Positions 24,264 through 31,172 of a stretch of DNA of 32,000 bases are shown piece after piece. Source of the DNA: Candidatus Saccharimonadota bacterium. GTDB taxonomy: Bacteria; Patescibacteriota; Microgenomatia; UBA1406; GWC2-37-13. Below the pieces are notes generated by a model. It worked only from the letters and a program-made list of their open reading frames with translations, did not search any database and had not been told where the DNA came from. The position numbers and the translations under genes are program-made. The number at the start of each line of letters is the position of its first letter. The stretch's first letter is position 1. The DNA is taken from contig CP064967.1 of the NCBI GenBank assembly GCA_016699265.1, positions 510,001 to 542,000 of the forward strand, read 5' to 3'.

Positions 24264-26195
24264 TCAGTTCATGTCTTTTTGATCTTTCTGTTCGTTCTCA
24301 TCGCGCTTGAGAAGCGTTGCAAAGTTTTGTGAAAATGATGGGAAGGTTTGCTCCTTATCCTGGAAGACCAACGCTACCTTTATTACCTCGTCCATATGAC
24401 TTACGAAGACGAAATTAAGGTCTTTTAGTACATAACTTGGGATATCCTCAAGATCTTTTTTATTATCTTTTGGAAGGATTATCGTCTTGATATGGGCTCT
24501 ATGTGCGGCAATCACCTTCTCCTTAACCCCACCTATATCTAACACTCGTCCTCGAAGCGTAATCTCTCCGGTCATACCGACATCTTTTCTGATTGGTAAT
24601 TTTGTGAGTGCTGAGATAAGAGCAGATGTAATTGCGATTCCTGCTGAAGGTCCGTCCTTAGGAACCGCACCTTCTGGGACGTGAACATGAACATCTATCT
24701 TTGTGAAAAAATCCTTAGGAAGACTGAATAATTCCCATCTAGAACGAACATACGATAGCGCCGCCTGACAGGACTCCTTCATCACGTCACCCAACTGTCC
24801 GGTTAAGGTTAACTGTCCCTTCCCCGGCATGATGGCTACCTCTATAAAGAGAATGTCTCCTCCTGCCTGAGTCCAGGCAAGACCTGTTGAGATCCCAACG
24901 GTGTCGCGCTCCTCAAGCATCTGTGCTTGGTACTTGGTCGGCCCGAGATACTTCTGCAGATCCGATGCGCCAACGACCTTTGACTGTGTTTTTTTCTCAA
25001 CGATTTCACGAGCTATCTTTCTACAGATTCCTGCGATCTGTCGCTCTAATTCGCGGACACCGGCCTCTCGAGTGTAGGTGCGAATAATTGCTTTTAGTGC
25101 AGTATCAGTGACCTTTACCTCTTCGTTGCTCAAGCTATGTGCCTCAAGTTGTTTTTTTATTAAATAGGTTTTCGCGATATTGAATTTCTCGTCCTCGGTG
25201 TAACCAGGGAAGTGAATTATCTCGAGTCGATCTCTGAGGGCGTCAGGGATAGTGTCGAGCATATTTGCTGTGGTAATAAAAAAGACATCTGAAAGATCGA
25301 ACGGAACCTCAAGGTAGTGGTCTGAGAACATGTGATTCTGCTCAGGATCAAGAATCTCAAGGAGGGCCGATGATGGATCTCCCCGATAGTCGCGACCAAT
25401 CTTATCGATTTCGTCCAGCATGAAGACGGGATTATTGGTACCTACATGTTTTATTCCTTGAATGATTCTTCCCGGAAGTGCACCTACATAGGTTCTTCTG
25501 TGACCTCGAATCTCGGCTTCATCGCGAATTCCTCCAAGCGAGATCTTGGCAAACTTTCTTCCCAATGCGCGAGCAATAGACTTTCCGAGCGAGGTCTTTC
25601 CTACACCAGGGGGACCAGCAAAACACAAAATGGTGGGTTGGTTTTCTTTCTTTGATCCTTTCTTCTCGTGTAGTTTTTTAAGCTCGATTACCGCAAGGTA
25701 CTCAAGTATGCGTTCCTTTATTTTTTTTAGTCCAAAGTGGTCTTCGTTTAAGATCTTCTCCGCCTGCTTTACATCAACTGCCTGTGAGGACGAAACCGAC
25801 CAGGGCAGTTCGGTGAGCCAGTCAAGATAGGTTCTCACATATGAAGACTCTGGATTAAACTGAGACATCTGAAGAAGCCTCTTGAACTCCTTTACTGCCT
25901 TCTCTTCTACTTTTTTAGGCATTTTTGCTTTTTTTATTTTGTCTCTTAGTTCAGCAAGATCCTTATCCTCACCTTTTCCACCCAACTCTTCCTCAATCGT
26001 CTTCATCTTTTCTCGAAGGAACGACTCCTTCATTCCCTGTTCGAATTTCTGTTGTGTTTTGGAAGAAAGATTCTGCTCGATCTCTAAGATGCGAAGTTCT
26101 CTGTTGGTATACAACACTTCTCTCTTCAGTCTCTCAACGAGGTTCATCTCCTCAAGGAGCTCCTGCCGTTCATATTCCCGAAGGTCAAGAACCAT
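24264..26195 (-). CDS. lon: Lon protease, intact AAA+ and S16 protease portion (the ORF lacks the N-terminal domain)
   Basis: Walker A GPPGVGKTS and the catalytic-Ser motif PKDGPSAGIAITSALIS are present, along with the downstream Lys region GGVKEKVIAAHRA. The ORF begins in the coiled-coil linker of LonA. Confidence 0.9.
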   Translation of the reverse strand: MVLDLREYERQELLEEMNLVERLKREVLYTNRELRILEIEQNLSSKTQQKFEQGMKESFLREKMKTIEEELGGKGEDKDLAELRDKIKKAKMPKKVEEKAVKEFKRLLQMSQFNPESSYVRTYLDWLTELPWSVSSSQAVDVKQAEKILNEDHFGLKKIKERILEYLAVIELKKLHEKKGSKKENQPTILCFAGPPGVGKTSLGKSIARALGRKFAKISLGGIRDEAEIRGHRRTYVGALPGRIIQGIKHVGTNNPVFMLDEIDKIGRDYRGDPSSALLEILDPEQNHMFSDHYLEVPFDLSDVFFITTANMLDTIPDALRDRLEIIHFPGYTEDEKFNIAKTYLIKKQLEAHSLSNEEVKVTDTALKAIIRTYTREAGVRELERQIAGICRKIAREIVEKKTQSKVVGASDLQKYLGPTKYQAQMLEERDTVGISTGLAWTQAGGDILFIEVAIMPGKGQLTLTGQLGDVMKESCQAALSYVRSRWELFSLPKDFFTKIDVHVHVPEGAVPKDGPSAGIAITSALISALTKLPIRKDVGMTGEITLRGRVLDIGGVKEKVIAAHRAHIKTIILPKDNKKDLEDIPSYVLKDLNFVFVSHMDEVIKVALVFQDKEQTFPSFSQNFATLLKRDENEQKDQKDMN

Positions 26196-26689
26196 AGCTA
26201 CCTGATTGGAGAAATCGCTCGGTGAGGTTACATTTTAAAATATTCATCAAAAAGATGAAGTCAATCGTTTTGCCATAATTAATAGCTTTCTTGATCTGAG
26301 CTGCGATATGCTTTACCATGGCCTGAATCTCATCGTTCTCTTCTATTATGTCCTGAAGTACAACTGCCTCAGCTTCAAAGTGTGGCTCAACCTGATCAAA
26401 GTTTACAATTCTCACTCGGTCGATTCCTCTAACAAGAGCATTTATCTCACCCTTCTCTCCATTAACGACATTTTTATTGTTGCAAGCGTTCCAACAGAAT
26501 GAAGAGTGTCTGCAGTTGGAGAATCTTCAGATGAATTTCGTTGCATTACCAGAACTACCTGCCTACTCTCAGAAGCAAGCGCCTTGTTAATTGCGAGAAC
26601 GCTTTTTCACGACCAAATGTAAGTACGTTCTCCGTGTTTGGAAAGACGATTCCTTCCTTTACTGGAACGAGTGGATATTTATTATTCAT
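26196..26689 (-). pseudogene. lon: Lon N-terminal substrate-binding domain, split across frames by three 1-nt homopolymer indels
   Basis: From ATG 26689 (AGGA 7 nt upstream): MNNKYPLVPVKEGIVFPNTENVLTFGREK | SVLAINKALASESRQVVLVMQRNSSEDSPTADTLHSVGTLATIK | NVVNGEKGEINALVRGIDRVRIVNFDQ...FIFLMNIL | NVTSPSDFSNQVAMVLDL.... The segments read colinear with LonA N-domains. The frame changes fall at 26604-26608, 26471-26475 and 26233-26240. Confidence 0.8.
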
Positions 26690-26720
26690 TATTATTTCCT
26701 AAAATTAAGGCTGTATTAGC

Positions 26721-26749
26721 AGTATAGATATGCAATTGCCAATTGTCAA
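26721..26749 (-). promoter_or_regulatory. lon promoter TTGACA-17-TATACT
   Basis: The minus strand reads TTGACA (26749-26744), attggcaattgcatatc (17 nt), TATACT (26726-26721). About 25 nt of leader with AGGA follow before ATG 26689. Confidence 0.6.
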
Positions 26750-26794
26750 CTCCAAACTCGAAGCTGAAAAAATAGAACTTAGAAAAGGTTTAAT

Positions 26795-26829
26795 GCTACA
26801 GGCTACAAGCTACAAACTACGGTCTACAA
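26795..26829. repeat. Heptanucleotide tandem array GCTACAG GCTACAA GCTACAA ACTACGG TCTACAA
   Basis: Read directly. It abuts the stop codon (26833-26835) of the oxidoreductase beta subunit. On the coding (minus) strand it places a TAG every 7 nt. Confidence 0.8.
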
Positions 26830-26832
26830 GCG

Positions 26833-27690
26833 CTATTTATACTCCTCAAAAAGTGGCTGTAATGAAGCTATTCTTGGGATTTGGTTAAGCGGTTTAGACT
26901 CGGAATACGCAGGTACTTGCTCGTGGTATGGCTTCGACTCTGTCTGGTATATAACTCCCAATGGGAACTTTTCACTGTCCATCTCAACTGCCTTTATCAA
27001 AGCATCTTCGTAGGACGATGGGTCATATGAGGAATCGAGTTTATATGCATTTTTTTGATAGTATTGATAGGTATTTACCCAGTTAAAGCTAACGCATGGC
27101 TGAAGTACATTAACCAAAGACAGGCCTTTATGCTTCATTCCAAGCACAATCATCTCTCTAATATGAGGGATATCTCCGGCGAATGACTGCGCTACGAAGG
27201 TTGCACCCTGTGAAATAGCGAATGCAAGTGGCGAAACTGATCGTTCGATTATTCCTGTAGGGGTTGATTTTGATATCGTTCCTTTCTTCGCAGTCGGGGC
27301 CACCTGCCCAGTTGTGAGACCGTACACACCGTTATCATGGACAATGATGGTGAGATCATGATTTCCTCGACAAGCATGAAAAAAGTGGTTTCCTCCCTCT
27401 CCATAGGTATCACCGTCGCCTGCAACTACAATCGTTGGCATAGTATGATTCGAGAGTTTGAGTCCTACCGCAGTTGGAATCGCTCGACCATGCAATGCGT
27501 GAAAGCCGTATGCATTTAGGAAATCGTTCATATTACCAGAGCAGCCTATACCAAAAACAACTCCAACCGTTGATGGCTCTAGATCTTGCTTTGCAAGTGC
27601 TTCCTTTATCGCACCTCCAATGGCCCAATCTCCACATCCCGGACACCAAGTCGGCGTATGACCTGAGAACTTTCTTTTTGATGTAATCAT
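26833..27690 (-). CDS. 2-oxoacid:ferredoxin oxidoreductase, beta (TPP-binding) subunit
   Basis: Carries HTPTWCPGCGDWAI and GDGDTYGEGGNH motifs typical of KorB/OFOR beta subunits. The start overlaps the alpha subunit stop (ATGA). Confidence 0.88.
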   Translation of the reverse strand: MITSKRKFSGHTPTWCPGCGDWAIGGAIKEALAKQDLEPSTVGVVFGIGCSGNMNDFLNAYGFHALHGRAIPTAVGLKLSNHTMPTIVVAGDGDTYGEGGNHFFHACRGNHDLTIIVHDNGVYGLTTGQVAPTAKKGTISKSTPTGIIERSVSPLAFAISQGATFVAQSFAGDIPHIREMIVLGMKHKGLSLVNVLQPCVSFNWVNTYQYYQKNAYKLDSSYDPSSYEDALIKAVEMDSEKFPLGVIYQTESKPYHEQVPAYSESKPLNQIPRIASLQPLFEEYK

Positions 27691-29387
27691 AACTGTTTTA
27701 TAATTTCTGACGCTGTCATCGGTCTTCCATCGTATCTTAATATATGCTTTTCAATATTAATTCCCGTCTGTTCTCTGAGTAATAATCCTAACTGAGAGGT
27801 TGAGTTTTGCTCTACAAGAACGCACTTATTTGGTTCACTCAAGAGATTTTTAACTCGCATTTCATCAAGAGGATAAGTGTGGGTAAAATGAATAACCGCC
27901 GTATTGCTTCGAGAATTCAAAACATCCAAACAAACTCCTTTCAAACTACCACAACAGACTAGCACAGTATTCGCTGTTTTGAGATCTCCGAACACAGTGG
28001 GCAACTTAAAATGTGTTTTTAAATATGTTTGGATCTTTCTTGCTCTTTTTCCAACCTGCGCCATTCTATCCTCTGCAGTTTCACTAGTGTGACCATCCTC
28101 ACTATGTTCATAGGAATTTGCTTGAAAGAAATGGTCTTTTGCCCCAGGAATTAGTCGTTCAGAGATACCGTCCTCGGTTATCTTATATCTAAGATATGGC
28201 CGATCCGTTGGTTGACTTACTGTCTTGCCTCTATTTATCTTCATAGATGAGAAGAAGCTTAGAACCTGTGAGCTTGAGATCGAAGCATGCGCCTCGGAGA
28301 GATACATATCGGACATAACGATTACCGGTGTCTGATATATATCAGCTAGATCGAAAGCTTCAGCGGTAAGACGAATCATCTCATCAACATCTCCAGGTGT
28401 TAAAATAATTTTTGGAAACTCACCGTGTCCAGAATGAACGGAAAACAAAAGATCTCCCTGCTCTGTCCATGTTGGCATTCCAGTAGCAGGTCCCGGTCTT
28501 TGTGAAATGAAGATTACAATAGGAGTCTCGGTTATACCAGCTAATGAAACTGCCTCGACCATGAGAGCAAATCCGCCACCGGAGGTTCCAACGGCCGATC
28601 GTACTCCTCCATGGGATGCCCCGATCGCTGAGTTGATAACTGCAATCTCATCCTCAGCATGACGAACAGTGATTTGAGCCTTTTGTTGCCAGGCTGCGAG
28701 ACTGGTAAGAACGGATGACGATGGCGTCATAGGATATGCGCAGTAGAACTTACAGTCAGCGATAATCGCTCCGAGTGAAAAAGCGTCATTACCCGTCATG
28801 ACAAGCTGATCCAGAGGATTTTGTTTTGGTACGAGCGCATCGAGACAATGCTCTTTAAAGTTCTTGGTAATACTATCGAATCCTTGCTTTGCAAACGACT
28901 TATTAAAGGCTATGACCTTCTCCCCTTTCTTCTGAAACTGTGTCTCGATTATGGACTCAAGTAATGCTAAATCGCCTCCAACCGTAGCAAGTGAGGCGCC
29001 GAGTGCAATTGTGTTTTTCATTATTGACTGTCCTTGACCTTCACGAAGAATTTTTTTAAATGGTACATGAGCTGTTTTATATTCTCCATCAATCTCAAAG
29101 TCTTCCTTATCATGTACGATGACGGAGTCTTTGGAGAGCTCATGTTTATGCAGCTCGAAGGTTGCTTTGTTGAGACAAACCAGTACGTCAATTGTTTCCT
29201 TAAGTGTATGCACCGGTGAATCGCTGAAGGTTACTTTATATGCATTATGGCCGCCACGTATTAATGAAGGGTACTCTACATAGTCAAGGACCTGGTATCC
29301 AGACCTACTCGCAATCTTTGAAAAAGTAAGACCGGTTGTCATGATACCGAAGCCGGCCTCACCACCGATAACCCATTGATATTTCAT
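27687..29387 (-). CDS. 2-oxoacid:ferredoxin oxidoreductase, alpha subunit (gamma-like domain fused at the N-terminus)
   Basis: 566 aa. The N-terminus (GGEAGFGIMTTGLTFSKIASRSGYQVLDYVEYPSLIRGGHN) is gamma-like. The remainder is KorA-like (YCAYPMTPSS, GTSGGGFALM). Substrate specificity cannot be read from the sequence. Confidence 0.88.
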   Translation of the reverse strand: MKYQWVIGGEAGFGIMTTGLTFSKIASRSGYQVLDYVEYPSLIRGGHNAYKVTFSDSPVHTLKETIDVLVCLNKATFELHKHELSKDSVIVHDKEDFEIDGEYKTAHVPFKKILREGQGQSIMKNTIALGASLATVGGDLALLESIIETQFQKKGEKVIAFNKSFAKQGFDSITKNFKEHCLDALVPKQNPLDQLVMTGNDAFSLGAIIADCKFYCAYPMTPSSSVLTSLAAWQQKAQITVRHAEDEIAVINSAIGASHGGVRSAVGTSGGGFALMVEAVSLAGITETPIVIFISQRPGPATGMPTWTEQGDLLFSVHSGHGEFPKIILTPGDVDEMIRLTAEAFDLADIYQTPVIVMSDMYLSEAHASISSSQVLSFFSSMKINRGKTVSQPTDRPYLRYKITEDGISERLIPGAKDHFFQANSYEHSEDGHTSETAEDRMAQVGKRARKIQTYLKTHFKLPTVFGDLKTANTVLVCCGSLKGVCLDVLNSRSNTAVIHFTHTYPLDEMRVKNLLSEPNKCVLVEQNSTSQLGLLLREQTGINIEKHILRYDGRPMTASEIIKQL

Positions 29388-29534
29388 ATTTTGATTAGTT
29401 TTAATGTTGTAAAGTTAAAAGGTTTATTATTGGCTTTGTTAGTTAACTGGCTAACAACTTAACCAGAAACTTTCAAACAAACTTTTTAAGTTTTCCGACC
29501 TTCCAAACTTTAAAAACTTTCAACGATAAATGTA

Positions 29535-29681
29535 TTAATCGTAACAACACGGATCTTTGTATCCGCAATTCGTACAGGTTGCATCTCGTCCTCCAGGCAT
29601 TCCTTTCAGTGTTTTCTGATCACACTGTGGACAAGCCCGCTCGTTGTTTTTACTTAGGAAAAACTCTTTCCCCTTTTTCAT
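29535..29681 (-). CDS. Small zinc-ribbon / rubredoxin-knuckle protein (48 aa), absent from the ORF track
   Basis: Hand translation gives MKKGKEFFLSKNNERACPQCDQKTLKGMPGGRDATCTNCGYKDPCCYD*. It has CPxC and CxxCG knuckles 15 residues apart. It overlaps the last 32 nt of the ferredoxin gene in another frame and lies between the ferredoxin and the oxidoreductase alpha subunit. Confidence 0.4.
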   Translation of the reverse strand: MKKGKEFFLSKNNERACPQCDQKTLKGMPGGRDATCTNCGYKDPCCYD

Positions 29682-29922
29682 TTTCAACAATAATTGCTAA
29701 AACAGGACAGGACTGCGCTGCCTCTATAATCTGCTGATCGCTTTCCTGCTCAACTGTGTCAAGAATAACTGCCTTATTGTGTTCGTCCAAAGCGAAGGTT
29801 AGTGATGCAACAGCAGAACAGGTTGCGGCTCCTATGCAAAGATCTCGATCAATTCTCACACGAAGATTTCGAACCGAAACTGGCCCCGAGGGGTTATGGG
29901 GATCTTTTAGATTGTCGCTCAT
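29650..29922 (-). CDS. Single-cluster ferredoxin, CxxAxxC...CP type (probably [3Fe-4S])
   Basis: 90 aa with DLCIGAATCSAV ... SCPVLAI. The second Cys of the CxxCxxC motif is replaced by Ala. The start overlaps the SufU/IscU stop (ATGA). Confidence 0.75.
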   Translation of the reverse strand: MSDNLKDPHNPSGPVSVRNLRVRIDRDLCIGAATCSAVASLTFALDEHNKAVILDTVEQESDQQIIEAAQSCPVLAIIVENEKGERVFPK

Positions 29923-30275
29923 TTAGTTATCAGTTTTTTCAATGCCTCAAATGGTAATAACAGACACTTTATTCTCCCGGGACTTATCTCAATTCCAACT
30001 ATATCCATAGTACTTTTTCTGTCCAGATTTCGCAACTTATCTACATTTTTTCCTTTTATATATTCTGTCATCAATGAGGCCGCAGCAGTGGAAATTGCGC
30101 AACCTTTCCCGACAAATGACACATGTTTAACCACGTCGTTTTTGACCTCTAAAAAAAGCGTAATGACATCTCCACAAAGGGGATTTTGAAGCGTGATATT
30201 GTGCGTTGGGCTCTCAATTGGCCCGAAGTTTTGGGGATGGCGATAGTGTTCGAGTAGTTCTTCTGTATATAACAT
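29919..30275 (-). CDS. Fe-S cluster assembly scaffold, SufU/IscU (NifU N-terminal) family
   Basis: 118 aa. It has HYRHPQNFG and three conserved Cys contexts (NPLCGD, GKGCAISTAAAS, RIKC). Confidence 0.85.
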   Translation of the reverse strand: MLYTEELLEHYRHPQNFGPIESPTHNITLQNPLCGDVITLFLEVKNDVVKHVSFVGKGCAISTAAASLMTEYIKGKNVDKLRNLDRKSTMDIVGIEISPGRIKCLLLPFEALKKLITK

Positions 30276-30344
30276 TATTATTTTAAAGCTATCAAGTTGA
30301 CAAGTTCTAGGCTCTACGTTTCAAGATCGAAGTCATTATAACAA

Positions 30345-31169
30345 CTAGAAGACTAGGAACAAAGTGGCTACCAAAATCGTGCTTATGATCATGAAGTAAA
30401 CGCTTGAAACCGATCCTGCCGCTGGCAAAGTTGGCTCAGCAGGAGCTGCTGTTGGTTCTAGTGTCGCGGACTGCGCAACGACCGTACCTGTTGGAGTTGG
30501 TGTCGCACTTGGTCCTAGAGTTGGAGTCGCAGTTGGTCCCGGAGTAAGCGTCGCACTTGGTGCAGGTGTTGGCGTAGTAGTTGGACTTGGACTTGGAATT
30601 GGCGTTGTGGTGATTGTAGGCGTTGGTGTTGGTGTTAGTGTTAGGGTTGGAATAGGCGTGATTGTAGGAGTAGGAGTTTGAGTTGGTGCGGTGGTTACTG
30701 TCGGAGTAATATTTACATTGCAGGTATTTGTTCCTTTTGCCGCAGCGCTCGTACCACAGTCATTAACAGCCTTAACCGAACACTCATACGTATGTTCAAC
30801 AATTGCAGTAAAGTTTACTGACCTTGCAGATGTTACTTGAGAAGAAACTACTGAGTTAGTGGTTTTGTCCGTAATTACGTAGCTGTACGATGTTGCCCCT
30901 TCAACCGCATCCCACGCACATGAAGCTCCATTTACTGGACAACTCAAAGCATTTGCTGGTTGTTGAGTAGGTGTTATGCTGAGCGCTAAGTTAGCTGATC
31001 CTGTAGCGACCTCATTAGCTCGTGATTTGGTTGATATCTGTTGCGTTATGATCGTATAAAGACCAAGTCCAATTGATGCAAGTAATAGAAATGCAATAAG
31101 AAATATCAGAAAAACATTTCGTTTCTTCTTATCTTCCTGAGATGGTGAGACTACTAAGTTAGCTGTCAT
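30345..31169 (-). CDS. Cell-surface protein: N-terminal TM anchor, Cys-containing fn3-like domain, long Pro/Thr linker, C-terminal LPAAG plus hydrophobic tail
   Basis: Segments are KKKRNVFLIFLIAFLLLASIGLGLYTII, then CAWDAVEGATSYSYVITD, then about 90 aa of (T/S)P repeats, ending in LPAAGSVSSVYFMIISTILVATLFLVF. Confidence 0.7.
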   Translation of the reverse strand: MTANLVVSPSQEDKKKRNVFLIFLIAFLLLASIGLGLYTIITQQISTKSRANEVATGSANLALSITPTQQPANALSCPVNGASCAWDAVEGATSYSYVITDKTTNSVVSSQVTSARSVNFTAIVEHTYECSVKAVNDCGTSAAAKGTNTCNVNITPTVTTAPTQTPTPTITPIPTLTLTPTPTPTITTTPIPSPSPTTTPTPAPSATLTPGPTATPTLGPSATPTPTGTVVAQSATLEPTAAPAEPTLPAAGSVSSVYFMIISTILVATLFLVF

Positions 31170-31172
31170 AGA

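Noticed and set aside
26195-26689. Programmed ribosomal frameshifting as the explanation for the split lon N-domain.
   Set aside because: It would need three separate events in two directions within 400 nt. I saw no slippery heptamer plus downstream structure at any of the sites. Simple homopolymer length differences explain all three.
26727-26743. The CAATTG-G-CAATTG repeat in the lon promoter spacer as a heat-shock operator (CIRCE or CtsR box).
   Set aside because: The sequence matches neither the CIRCE inverted repeat (TTAGCACTC-N9-GAGTGCTAA) nor the CtsR heptad repeat. Two short palindromic hexamers in AT-rich DNA are weak evidence.
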